NCBI GenBank assembly: GCA_963704655.1
Contig: OY969927.1
Location: 992,001 to 1,056,000 of the forward strand
From: an uncultured Candidatus Babeliaceae bacterium
Lineage (GTDB): Bacteria; Babelota; Babeliae; Babelales; Babelaceae
Length of the DNA: 64,000 nucleotides
Reading direction: 5' to 3'
The position numbers were made by a program, and so were the translations under genes. This document shows positions 1 to 9,161 of the stretch, piece by piece. A model generated the notes under the pieces. The model saw nothing but the letters and a program-made list of their open reading frames with translations. It was not told where the DNA came from and did no database searches. The stretch's first letter is position 1, and every line of letters starts with the position of its first letter.

Positions 1-16
1 TTATCTTAGATCAACT

Positions 17-421
17 TTAAATACTGAAAAGTTGCTTAAGTTCACGACGTGCCGTTTCAGGCGCATCAGAACCATGAGTTGCATTATACGAAATGTTTTT
101 ACCAAACATTCTGCGTAATGACCCTACAGCAGCCTTTTCTGGGTTTGTTGCACCCATAAAATCACGCCATTCTTGAATAGCATTCTCTTTAGAGAGCGCC
201 ATAACAATAGCTGGACCAGCGATCATATTATCAACCAATTCACCAAAAAATGGGCGCTCTTTATGAACTTCATAAAAATCTTGCGCATCTTTTTCGGTAA
301 ATTGCATTTTTCTCATATGCTCAATTTTAAAACCATTAAGCTCGATAAGATTAATAATTTGACCAGCAAATCCCTCTTGGACTGCATGAGGCTTAATAAT
401 AGCACATGTTTTTTCTACCAT
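17..421 (-). CDS. ndk: Nucleoside-diphosphate kinase
   Basis: IIKPHAV, HKERPFF, GATNP, NATHGSD motifs; start reset to MVEKT (ATG at 421), just after the rpsA stop. Confidence 0.97.
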   Translation of the reverse strand: MVEKTCAIIKPHAVQEGFAGQIINLIELNGFKIEHMRKMQFTEKDAQDFYEVHKERPFFGELVDNMIAGPAIVMALSKENAIQEWRDFMGATNPEKAAVGSLRRMFGKNISYNATHGSDAPETARRELKQLFSI

Positions 422-431
422 GTCGCTTTCC

Positions 432-2237
432 TTATTCTTCATCGTGTGAGCTTTTACGTGCAGCATGTTTTTCAAGTTCTAATTGGAACTGTGATTTGCC
501 TTTAGGGGCTTCTTGCTGCTTACGTTGCTGTTGTGCAGGTTTTTCTGACGCTTGGTTAGGCTGTTGTCTTCTGCCGCCACGTTTTTCAACATGTTCTTCT
601 GAAGTGTTCAACGTTAAACCAAGTTTATGATCTTCTTGGCTCACTTTGATAACCTTAAATTCAGCCGCTTGGCCTACTTTAAGAGCATCAGCTTGAGCTT
701 GTGGGAATTCAGAAATATGAACGAGCCCTTCAATTCCAGAAGGAAGCTTAACAAATGCACCAAAGTCAGTAATTTTTGTAACTTCACCAGAAACAACGGT
801 ACCAACTGGGTATTTTTGTTCAATATTTTCCCATGGATTTTCAGTCAATTGCTTAATACCAAGGGAGATTTTTTTCTTCTGTTTATTGATATCGGTAATA
901 ATTGCTTCAACTTCATCACCCTTTTTGAAGATGTCAGCTGGATGTTTCACATGTTCGGTCCATGAAAGGTCAGAAATGTGCACAAGGCCATCAACACCGG
1001 GCATAAGTTGAACAAAGATACCAAAGTCAGTAATATTACTTACTTTACCGGTAATACGTTGACCAATGGTAAATTGATCAGCAATTGCTTCCCATGGATT
1101 TTTTTCAAGCTGTTTAATGCTTAAAGACATACGTCTGTTTTCTTTATCTAAAGAAACAACAAGCGCTTCGATTTCTTGGCCTACTTTGTAGTGCTTATGT
1201 AAATCTGTTATGCGGTCTGTCCATGAAATTTCAGAAATATGGACCAACCCTTCTACGCCTTTTGCAACTTCAATAAATAGACCGTAGTCTGTAATGCTTG
1301 CAATAATGCCTTTAACTTTTTCACCAACTTTGACAGATTCAGGAAGTTGTTCCCATGGATTACCAGCAAGTTGCTTAATACCCAATGAGATTTTTTCGTT
1401 ATCTTTATCAAGAGTAAGTACTTTAACCGTTACGGTATCGCCAATTTTGACCATCTCACTTGGATGAGCAATGCGACCCCAGGTCATGTCAGTAATATGC
1501 AGCAAGCCGTCTACGCCACCGATATCAATAAAGACACCGTAATTTGTGATGTTTTTAACGGTTCCCTGAATAACTTGACCAACTGATAAGTCATCAAGAA
1601 CTTTCTTGCGAGACTCAGCGCGTTGTTCACCAAGGTATTTACGACGGGAAATAATAACATTGCCACGTTTTTGGTTAACTTTGATAATGTAAGCAGTAAT
1701 GGTTTGACCAACAAAGGTATCAAAATCTGCAACGCGTTGCACATCAACCTGTGAACCAGGTAAGAATGCAGGCATACCGATATCGACGCTTAAGCCACCT
1801 TTAACTTTATGAAGAACGGTACCTTCAACAGGTTTACCTTCTTCAAACATTTTCATAATAACCGCCCATGCTTTTTGTGCTTTTGCTTTTTCATAAGACA
1901 AAATCACATTGCCATCGGCATTTTCTAGTTCGTCGATGATTACTTCAATCGGCGCGCCAGTTGTTAATTTTTTAAATTCATGCTCGCTGAATTCATATAA
2001 TGGAATAAGACCATCAGATTTGAATCCAATATCCACAAGCACTCCATCGCTGCTTGTACGCAATACAACACCTTGAATAATTGAACCCTGTTTATAGGTA
2101 TCAAGGGTACCGGTATACAATGAAGCAAGTTCTTTGATTTGATCTTCATTGAGTACGAAGTCTGCAGGCATAGAAACTGCTTGCACATGCGCAAATTGGC
2201 GGGGATTTATACGTTCTTTTGACATCAACTGCTCCAT
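432..2237 (-). CDS. rpsA: 30S ribosomal protein S1
   Basis: Six S1 repeats (GLLHITDM, GLVHISEISW, GLVHISDLSW), 601 aa. Confidence 0.98.
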   Translation of the reverse strand: MEQLMSKERINPRQFAHVQAVSMPADFVLNEDQIKELASLYTGTLDTYKQGSIIQGVVLRTSSDGVLVDIGFKSDGLIPLYEFSEHEFKKLTTGAPIEVIIDELENADGNVILSYEKAKAQKAWAVIMKMFEEGKPVEGTVLHKVKGGLSVDIGMPAFLPGSQVDVQRVADFDTFVGQTITAYIIKVNQKRGNVIISRRKYLGEQRAESRKKVLDDLSVGQVIQGTVKNITNYGVFIDIGGVDGLLHITDMTWGRIAHPSEMVKIGDTVTVKVLTLDKDNEKISLGIKQLAGNPWEQLPESVKVGEKVKGIIASITDYGLFIEVAKGVEGLVHISEISWTDRITDLHKHYKVGQEIEALVVSLDKENRRMSLSIKQLEKNPWEAIADQFTIGQRITGKVSNITDFGIFVQLMPGVDGLVHISDLSWTEHVKHPADIFKKGDEVEAIITDINKQKKKISLGIKQLTENPWENIEQKYPVGTVVSGEVTKITDFGAFVKLPSGIEGLVHISEFPQAQADALKVGQAAEFKVIKVSQEDHKLGLTLNTSEEHVEKRGGRRQQPNQASEKPAQQQRKQQEAPKGKSQFQLELEKHAARKSSHDEE

Positions 2238-2377
2238 AATCGTCCATTTTCGCGGCAGTTAGTGCAAAAATGGGTTTAAAATGTTAAAAATAGAGAATAA
2301 TACTTATTTTAGTATAGACGGGATAATTTTTTTTTCAATTATTATAAAAATAGTACGTTCGATGTCCACAAAAGCTA

Positions 2378-2686
2378 TTATCTTCTAAGGTTAAACCAGC
2401 TTGGATGCGCTCTCACAAACCCTACAATACAGTCTGGATGTGCCCTCACAAAACCTTTACCAAGAATAATGCCAACTTCATAGGCACAATACATAAGTAA
2501 ACCAACTTTTATAATTTCTTTTACTAGATCTCTGGCATCAACTTCCACAGAGACGTTTTCGCTCGATACTTCTATTATTTTCTCTGAAGAATTCATTTTT
2601 TCTTCTTGACTCAAAGCGGCGACAGGAGAATTGACTACAGACAACAGGACTATAAACAAGAATATAGGCGATTTAAAAAAAGACAT
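2378..2686 (-). CDS. Hypothetical secreted protein
   Basis: Signal peptide, internal hydrophobic segment, duplicated GFVRAHP. Confidence 0.7.
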   Translation of the reverse strand: MSFFKSPIFLFIVLLSVVNSPVAALSQEEKMNSSEKIIEVSSENVSVEVDARDLVKEIIKVGLLMYCAYEVGIILGKGFVRAHPDCIVGFVRAHPSWFNLRR

Positions 2687-2747
2687 ACTTAACCTTAACT
2701 TTTTTAGACTTATTTAGATTTAAATTAAACTATAATATTATATTTTA

Positions 2748-2776
2748 ATATTAATTAAGATCTAAACACAAGTCAA
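2748..2776 (-). promoter_or_regulatory. Sigma70-type promoter inside a long imperfect palindrome
   Basis: TTGACT-N17-TAATAT on minus strand upstream of ORF 2686. Confidence 0.5.
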
Positions 2777-2793
2777 AAAAACGTCCGAAAAAT

Positions 2794-3252
2794 TCAAGAT
2801 TTAATAAACTCTTGTAGAGTGGGACTCGCTTCAATGATCAATCTATCCCAGCCAGCAGGATCTGCATAGGCATGCAATTTAACATAAAGGCCTTTTAAGA
2901 GAGCAAGTGCTTTATTAACATCGCCAGCCTGTGCGAAATGTATAGCTGAAGACCTCGCTATGGTGTACATAGTAGTAACCCTTGCCTGAATCAATTGCTC
3001 TTTAAGGCTCAAATCTTCAGGGAAAAACCCTTTTATAAGGTTAAATTCCTGTTCGCAACGGTCAAATTCTTGAAGACATAGGACTTCAACGGGTGTTTTT
3101 GCCTCAAAAAAGAACTCCGCCTCCTGCTTATTTGCCAAATTTAGGCTGTTTGGAGTATCTTGGGCTACCAAACTAGGACAAACCGATAAAACGAGCGTTA
3201 AAATCGATTTTTGAAGGATATTTGTGCATTTTGACGCATTACTATTGTTCAT
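2794..3252 (-). CDS. Hypothetical secreted protein
   Basis: 152-aa ORF with N-terminal hydrophobic signal ending SLVA-Q. Confidence 0.7.
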   Translation of the reverse strand: MNNSNASKCTNILQKSILTLVLSVCPSLVAQDTPNSLNLANKQEAEFFFEAKTPVEVLCLQEFDRCEQEFNLIKGFFPEDLSLKEQLIQARVTTMYTIARSSAIHFAQAGDVNKALALLKGLYVKLHAYADPAGWDRLIIEASPTLQEFIKS

Positions 3253-3346
3253 TTTTCACTCTTTCTATTATTTTTATATCAAATTATATAGTACTTACCC
3301 AGAGTATAGCATACCAAAAGTGCTTTATTCAAGAGATTTTTACAAG

Positions 3347-3374
3347 AAAGGCCCGGGTTTTAAACCGGGCCTTT
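3347..3374. terminator. Intrinsic terminator
   Basis: AAAGGCCCGG-loop-CCGGGCCTTT hairpin downstream of ORF 3398..4210. Confidence 0.8.
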
Positions 3375-3397
3375 TGTATCTTAAAAAGATATTTATA

Positions 3398-4210
3398 TTA
3401 TTTCTTGCTTAAGATGCCTTGTGCTGCATAAAGATTAAGTCTTTTGGTTAACATATATTGAACCAATAACGCTGCATCTTTTACTTGTTTAGCCTGAGAC
3501 GCTATAACACTGTGATTAATATTTGCATTAACAGAAGTTTTTAAGGTCTCTACTTGCTTAAGAAAGTTATCGATTGCCTGAGCTTCACCTTGGTAGTACC
3601 AAGAACCGATACCACATGTATAGTTAACCGGGATATATATGTCGCATGCAGATAAAAGAATGCGTCTTTCATTACGAATATTATTCACTGAAGTATCAAA
3701 CGCGGTAACTGCCGCCAATGGATTATCGATAAAATTCTGTAATTTAATATATTCTTTTTCAACAACACCAGATGAAGAACGGTTAAGGATATATATAGTA
3801 ACAAGGGCACCAGCAACTAATGTAACCTGAGGGTGATCATAAATAAATTTACCAGCACCATGCAAGGTATTTTTTGCCAAGCCACCAAAGTCAACAGCTG
3901 CTGAGCAGGTTTCACTTGTTGCCGCATAGGTATTATTCCAAGCTGGAGTAGCATACTCTTTGTTTATATAAGAAACGTTTTCAGCAGTTGCATGAGCAGT
4001 TTCAGATGTCCATGTAACAGCAGAAGTTATTCCGCCCCATACAGCTCTTCGAGCATCACCAAGAGTAATCGCATCAGCCGTGTTACAAATTGATTGCCAT
4101 AAAGTTACAGGTTGAGTAACAGTTGCAGTAACTACGTTATCAAATTCACCAGGAACCGTAGCTTGTAAACCGAAAGCGACTGTTAATAAAAGGGTTAATA
4201 ATTTTTTCAT
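3398..4210 (-). CDS. Secreted/membrane-anchored hypothetical protein (MKK/RxLLTL family)
   Basis: GGAGG RBS, signal peptide MKKLLTLLLTVAFGLQA, central TM segment. Confidence 0.8.
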   Translation of the reverse strand: MKKLLTLLLTVAFGLQATVPGEFDNVVTATVTQPVTLWQSICNTADAITLGDARRAVWGGITSAVTWTSETAHATAENVSYINKEYATPAWNNTYAATSETCSAAVDFGGLAKNTLHGAGKFIYDHPQVTLVAGALVTIYILNRSSSGVVEKEYIKLQNFIDNPLAAVTAFDTSVNNIRNERRILLSACDIYIPVNYTCGIGSWYYQGEAQAIDNFLKQVETLKTSVNANINHSVIASQAKQVKDAALLVQYMLTKRLNLYAAQGILSKK

Positions 4211-4275
4211 GATACCTCCATATCAATTTTATACAAGAGCATATTTTCATATGCCTATATATTTTTATTTAAAAT

Positions 4276-4539
4276 TTAGATGCAGCTTGAATGAAAAAGT
4301 CTAAATTCCGCATTTTTATCAAAATGTTTTTTGATTTTATAAGCTAAGTAAGAAACTGTAAGAACCACAGTAACTTCAGTTATTGCGTATTTATTGACTT
4401 CAACAAAAGTGAGAACCGAGTCTTGTGCTGATTCTATATAGTGTGAATAATTACGACCAGGAGCAACTGGCTCATTTTCAGAAGCCTGTGCAGTTGTTAC
4501 GCCTACCAAAAGAACTAAAGTTAGTAATATGCGTTTCAT
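4276..4539 (-). CDS. Small secreted membrane-anchored protein (MKRILLTL family)
   Basis: RBS GGAGGTCATTATTATG places start at 4539; signal peptide; NKY-TM-YK motif. Confidence 0.8.
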   Translation of the reverse strand: MKRILLTLVLLVGVTTAQASENEPVAPGRNYSHYIESAQDSVLTFVEVNKYAITEVTVVLTVSYLAYKIKKHFDKNAEFRLFHSSCI

Positions 4540-4565
4540 AATAATGACCTCCATGGACTTTATTT

Positions 4566-4593
4566 AAAGGGGATGATTTTTCACATCCCCTTT
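4566..4593. terminator. Intrinsic terminator
   Basis: AAAGGGGATG...CATCCCCTTT hairpin. Confidence 0.75.
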
Positions 4594-4612
4594 AGTTTTT
4601 TTCTTTAAGCAA

Positions 4613-5059
4613 CTAAAAAGAAGCGTTTTTATTTTTAGAAGGCTTCATAGTACAAAGTTTATAAACACCGAAAGAACCTGCTGCAATAGCAACAATTGCT
4701 AATGTGTATTTATTGTTTTTAGCTACTTCAAGCGTTGCGCCAGGAAGCTGAGGAGCAAAATCTTTAGCAGATTTCAACATCTCTGCTGAATTGCCAACAA
4801 TTTCAGAGCCTGTTGCATAAACCATGTTTGAAGCATCAATAACAGCTTTAATTACCGGCTCGTTTGCAGCAACTTTTGCTTCACGGCTAACGACGTTAGA
4901 AGCCGCTTCAAACCATAAACTTACTTGACGTAAAACAAAATTGTAGGTGCTTTCAGGGAAAGCGGCGAGCATCAATGTCTCTTCTTCAGGTGTAAATCTA
5001 GTAGCTTGAGTTTGTGCAACTGCGCCTAAAAGCGCTAAAGTTAATAATATTCGTTTCAT
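4613..5059 (-). CDS. Secreted membrane-anchored protein (MKRILLTL family)
   Basis: Same RBS/start context; signal peptide; NKY-TM-VYK C-terminal anchor. Confidence 0.8.
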   Translation of the reverse strand: MKRILLTLALLGAVAQTQATRFTPEEETLMLAAFPESTYNFVLRQVSLWFEAASNVVSREAKVAANEPVIKAVIDASNMVYATGSEIVGNSAEMLKSAKDFAPQLPGATLEVAKNNKYTLAIVAIAAGSFGVYKLCTMKPSKNKNASF

Positions 5060-5252
5060 AATAATGACCTCTCATTTGACTATATAATTGATTAGTTTTT
5101 TATTTCTATTATTAATTATATAATTATTATACATTTTGTCAATTAGCGTCCAAAATACAGCATTTTTATCGCTTAGTTAAAGCATAACATAAGCTTTAAG
5201 GCGCGTCTTTTTGGCGGGCATAACTTGATCAGATCGAAATATCAATTAAATA

Positions 5253-5288
5253 AAAAAAAGGCATGGCTTTAAGACCATGCCCTTTTTT
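5253..5288 (-). terminator. Intrinsic terminator
   Basis: GGCATGG...CCATGCC stem flanked by A and T runs. Confidence 0.8.
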
Positions 5289-5299
5289 AGAAATTCTAA

Positions 5300-5887
5300 T
5301 TACTTAGATATCAATAATAGATTTTTAGAGTTGTATAATAAATCTAAAGCTTTGATTTCTGCTTCAACTATTTCATCAAAGAGTTCTTCAAAAGCTTCTC
5401 TTTTCTCTTTTTCACCAACAGTAGATTCATTGAAGTAAGGAAAAATACTTAAAAAATAGTCTGTATAAGATCTATCTTCAAGCGCGCTTCGTTTTTTTGC
5501 ATTAAGGCGTGCAACGGTATCTTTATCGGTTGAGACCGTCTTAGGCAAGTATTTGACGGTATCGTCAATTATTGTCTTCTTAGAAGCCTTAATATCATGA
5601 TATGCCGTAAGGCTTGCGCCTTTAACAAATAAGCCCTTGATATAAGCCTTAAAACTTTCTCTATAATTATGTTTAAAACGAGCTTTGAAAGTTTCGCTCA
5701 TACGCTTTGATGCATCAGAAGGTGAATTAACATAGTTATAAAGTCTATAGCCAGCATAAAGTGCCACACCTGCTGCTAATGGATATTTAACAGTATCAAA
5801 AATTTGCTCCGTATCGATATCCATTAAACCTGCGCGCGCCTGTGAAGTTGCGCCTAAAAGCGCCAAAGTTAGTAATATTCGTTTCAT
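5300..5887 (-). CDS. Secreted membrane-anchored protein (MKRILLTL family)
   Basis: RBS GGAGGTCATTATTATG gives start 5887; KY-TM-YRLY motif near N-terminus. Confidence 0.8.
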   Translation of the reverse strand: MKRILLTLALLGATSQARAGLMDIDTEQIFDTVKYPLAAGVALYAGYRLYNYVNSPSDASKRMSETFKARFKHNYRESFKAYIKGLFVKGASLTAYHDIKASKKTIIDDTVKYLPKTVSTDKDTVARLNAKKRSALEDRSYTDYFLSIFPYFNESTVGEKEKREAFEELFDEIVEAEIKALDLLYNSKNLLLISK

Positions 5888-6007
5888 AATAATGACCTCC
5901 ATAATAAATGAGACAAAACATTTTTAATCTCATAATTGTCATTATAGCACAAGCTTTTTAAGCCGTCTTTTTAAAGGCAATAGCACTATCTGAACGATAT
6001 ATTAATA

Positions 6008-6041
6008 AAAAAAGAGGTATAGCTTTAGGCCATACCCCTTT
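6008..6041 (-). terminator. Intrinsic terminator (paralog of 5253-5288)
   Basis: GAGGTAT...ATACCCC imperfect stem with A-run. Confidence 0.6.
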
Positions 6042-6070
6042 AAAATCTGTAACTAAATAATAATAATTAA

Positions 6071-6856
6071 TTAGTTTTTTGCAGTTTTGTTAGCTGTAGC
6101 ATATTTATATACGCTATAACCAGCAACTGCAACAATAACCGCAGCTGTTAATGAGTATTTGTTATCAACAACAAAAGCTGCTGTTGCTGCCGGAGCTGCT
6201 ATAATAGCTGCGCCTGTTGAACTAACACCGTTTACAACTGCATTTTTAGCTGTTGTAAGGCCATAAGAAACAGATGAAACTGTTGAGCTTACTGCGCCAG
6301 AAAAGTTTTGTACGATAGGTTCTTTTTTGAAATCAGCATAAACAACGCCAGGAGCTGCAATAACCGCTGAACCCATTCCTTGGATTCTTGATAAAATCGT
6401 AGGAGCTGCTGCTTGAGCTGTTGCTGCCGCTTCATTTGCTGTTAAAGCCGCGTCTGCTGCTTTTTGTGCTACTTGAGCTGCTGCATCTGTACCAACAACT
6501 TGAGCTGCTGCTTGAGCCGTTGTTGCTGCTTCTGTTGCTACTACAGCTGCTGTTGTTGCTGCTTGTGCTGCTTGAGTTGCAACTTCTGTACCAGCATTTT
6601 GAACTGCTACTAAAGCTGCTTCTGTTGCAACTTGCGTTGCTACAACTGCATCTTGAGCTGTTGCTACTACAACTGCCGCTGCGTCTTGAACATTAGCGAC
6701 AACAGTTTCTGCTGTTGTTTGAGCTGTTTCAACGATTGAAGCCGCAATTTCAGCTACAGGAGCAATTTCAGCTATAGGAGCTTCAGATGCACGAACTTGG
6801 AAAGTAGCAACAATAGCAAACAATAATGCGATTGCTAAGAATGTACGTTTATTCAT
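6071..6856 (-). CDS. Ala/Thr-rich secreted protein with C-terminal membrane anchor
   Basis: Signal peptide, low-complexity Ala/Thr/Val/Gln body, DNKYSLT-TM-YSVYK tail. Confidence 0.85.
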   Translation of the reverse strand: MNKRTFLAIALLFAIVATFQVRASEAPIAEIAPVAEIAASIVETAQTTAETVVANVQDAAAVVVATAQDAVVATQVATEAALVAVQNAGTEVATQAAQAATTAAVVATEAATTAQAAAQVVGTDAAAQVAQKAADAALTANEAAATAQAAAPTILSRIQGMGSAVIAAPGVVYADFKKEPIVQNFSGAVSSTVSSVSYGLTTAKNAVVNGVSSTGAAIIAAPAATAAFVVDNKYSLTAAVIVAVAGYSVYKYATANKTAKN

Positions 6857-7050
6857 AAAATTACCTTACTTAGGGTTAATATAGTTTTGACAACATAAAA
6901 AATGTAACCCTTCCCTTTATTTTGTCAAGACTTTCTTAATATCAGTCATATTCAGAAATTATCTTTTAACTCGATTTGATGGCACTTTATAGGTTAAAAA
7001 ACATTTTTTACGGAAAAATTAACTCCTTTTTTGAAAAACCCCTTTTTTAA

Positions 7051-7138
7051 CCTTTCGACTCGCTTCCGACTTCGCCTTAAGGGTTTTACTCCTAAGCGAT
7101 TAGCCGGAAGGACTTCGACGGACAGGCAGGGTGAGCAG
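7051..7138. repeat. Nested palindromic mini-element (TTCGAC..CAGGGTGAGC family)
   Basis: Ends match the 21188-21212 element but are split by a GC-rich insert. Confidence 0.6.
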
Positions 7139-7165
7139 AAACTTAAGCAAAATACATAATATAAA

Positions 7166-7198
7166 TTGACAAAAAATAATATATATTTATGCTAAAAT
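7166..7198 (+). promoter_or_regulatory. Sigma70-type promoter of the DEAD-box helicase
   Basis: TTGACA at 7166 and extended -10 TGcTAAAAT at 7190. Confidence 0.55.
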
Positions 7199-7261
7199 TA
7201 TTACACATAGAATAAAATCAAATTTTATATCCAACTTTTTTACTATAAAGAACCTGTATTC

Positions 7262-9007
7262 ATGATAAGTTTCAAAGATCTTAATCTCTCTCCAGAGAAC
7301 CTACAAACGCTTGAAAAGCTCAATTTTACTGAGCCAACCGATATTCAAGCAAAAGCTATCCCCCTTTTACTTTCTAAATCTATGGATTTCCATGGTCAAG
7401 CACAAACAGGAACGGGTAAAACCCTCGCTTTTGGCCTTCCATTACTTCAACGCATTGATAAAACAAATCGTTTCGCTCAGGCCCTTGTAGTTGCCCCTAC
7501 GCGCGAATTAGCATTACAAATTTGCGACAGTTTAAAACCTTTCGCTCAAGCTGCCCAGATCTCAATTACCACTATTTACGGTGGCAGCTCTATGGAAGAA
7601 CAAATTAGAAACCTTAAACGTGGTGTTCAAATAGTTATCGGTACTCCCGGCAGACTTAATGACCATTTACGCAGAAAAACCCTTGATATTGGTACTATTA
7701 AAACATTAGTGCTTGATGAAGCAGATATCATGCTTGATATGGGTTTTAAAGACGAAGTTGAAGACATTTTACGCCATGCGCCTAAAAACCGCGAAATTTG
7801 GCTCTTTTCTGCAACGGTTAAATCTGGCATTAGTGATTTAATGGCAGAATATATGCACGATACCCAAACAGTAAAAGTTGCAAGAAAAACAGCCGAAGCT
7901 GCAATGACTCAACAATTTTATTGCATTGTACCTATGCGTCAGCGTCTTGCTGCATTACAACGCTTTATTGAAAGCGCGACTGATTTTTATGGTTTTGTCT
8001 TTTGTCAAACCAAAATCTTAACCAGCGAAATTGCTGAGCAACTTATTCGCGCAGGGTATAATGTTGGTGCTTTACATGGTGATTTAAGCCAAGCACAACG
8101 TAACCTTGTTATTAAACGCTTTAAATCTAAAGAGATATCAATTGTTATTGCAACCGACGTTGCAGCTCGTGGTATCGATATTGCAAATCTTACCTATGTA
8201 GTTAACTACTCATTACCGGAAGACTTAGAAAGCTATGTTCACCGTATCGGCAGAACTGGCCGTGCTGGTAAAACAGGTACAGCAATAACGTTTATCAATA
8301 GATCTGAAACTCGTGCAGTATCTTTAATTCAAAAGAAATTTAACTTTACTATTAACCCAATCGATGTTCCTGCAAAAGCACAAATTGTTGCTTCTCGCTT
8401 GAAAATTGCACAAGAATACTTAGCTCAGGTTTCTGAATCACATATTCAGCACCATGAAGAACTCAAATCTTTAGTTACACAACTTTCAGCTGAAGAGTTA
8501 CGTGATATTATCGAAAAAATGGTCTACGATAAATTTATTAAATCTATCGATCAGGAAGAGAATATCAACTTTACTTCTACACCAAAAGAGGGTGGTTTTG
8601 AAAGTGGTCATCGCGGCACAGCAAGCGGACTTCAAGAGTTCTGCCTTGGTGTAGGTGTTGATGATGGCGTTACTCAGGAAGATGTTGTTGAATATTTAAC
8701 CGCTACAAAACTGATAACTGCTGACCAAATTGCTAAAATTCGTGTTATTAAACGCAAAACATTCGTTGAGGTTCCAAGCGCAACAGCTCAACCGCTGGTT
8801 AATGCACTTGCAAATACTTCACTTGCTGGTCGTAAGACACGCATTACTATCGTTGAACCACAAGAAGGTGGAGATCGTGGTGGTTTTGGTGGCGGACGCC
8901 GTGAAGGTGGAGACCGTGGTGGTTATCGTGGAAATCGTGGTGGCGGCTTTGGCGGCGACCGTGGTGGACGTGGTGGCGATCGTGGTGGATATCGCGGACG
9001 CAGATAA
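7262..9007 (+). CDS. deaD: DEAD-box RNA helicase (DeaD/CshA type) with DbpA-like RNA-binding domain and RGG tail
   Basis: AQTGTGKT, PTRELA, LDEAD, SAT, HRIGRTGRAG motifs; Gly/Arg-rich C-terminus. Confidence 0.93.
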   Translation: MISFKDLNLSPENLQTLEKLNFTEPTDIQAKAIPLLLSKSMDFHGQAQTGTGKTLAFGLPLLQRIDKTNRFAQALVVAPTRELALQICDSLKPFAQAAQISITTIYGGSSMEEQIRNLKRGVQIVIGTPGRLNDHLRRKTLDIGTIKTLVLDEADIMLDMGFKDEVEDILRHAPKNREIWLFSATVKSGISDLMAEYMHDTQTVKVARKTAEAAMTQQFYCIVPMRQRLAALQRFIESATDFYGFVFCQTKILTSEIAEQLIRAGYNVGALHGDLSQAQRNLVIKRFKSKEISIVIATDVAARGIDIANLTYVVNYSLPEDLESYVHRIGRTGRAGKTGTAITFINRSETRAVSLIQKKFNFTINPIDVPAKAQIVASRLKIAQEYLAQVSESHIQHHEELKSLVTQLSAEELRDIIEKMVYDKFIKSIDQEENINFTSTPKEGGFESGHRGTASGLQEFCLGVGVDDGVTQEDVVEYLTATKLITADQIAKIRVIKRKTFVEVPSATAQPLVNALANTSLAGRKTRITIVEPQEGGDRGGFGGGRREGGDRGGYRGNRGGGFGGDRGGRGGDRGGYRGRR

Positions 9008-9027
9008 TATACGCGTTATACAAATTT

Positions 9028-9054
9028 AAGGGGGCGATTAAGCCCCCTTTTTTT
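9028..9054 (+). terminator. Intrinsic terminator
   Basis: AAGGGGGC...GCCCCCTT followed by T-run. Confidence 0.85.
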
Positions 9055-9161
9055 ATAATTTTTTAAATCAATTCGATATATAAAGGCTATTGCTTGCCCA
9101 TTTGAAAGAAACTGCTACAAATGCTACTATTTATAATAGTATTATTTTTATGGAGGAAACT

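Noticed and set aside
6421-6696. Leu-rich plus-strand ORF
   Set aside because: Antisense shadow of the GCA/GCT-rich Ala protein
2700-6900. Integron-like cassette array
   Set aside because: No integron integrase, no convincing attC R-box pairs; genes carry their own promoters and terminators
8865-9004. GGT/CGT-rich quasi-repeat
   Set aside because: Encodes the ordinary RGG tail of the DEAD-box helicase
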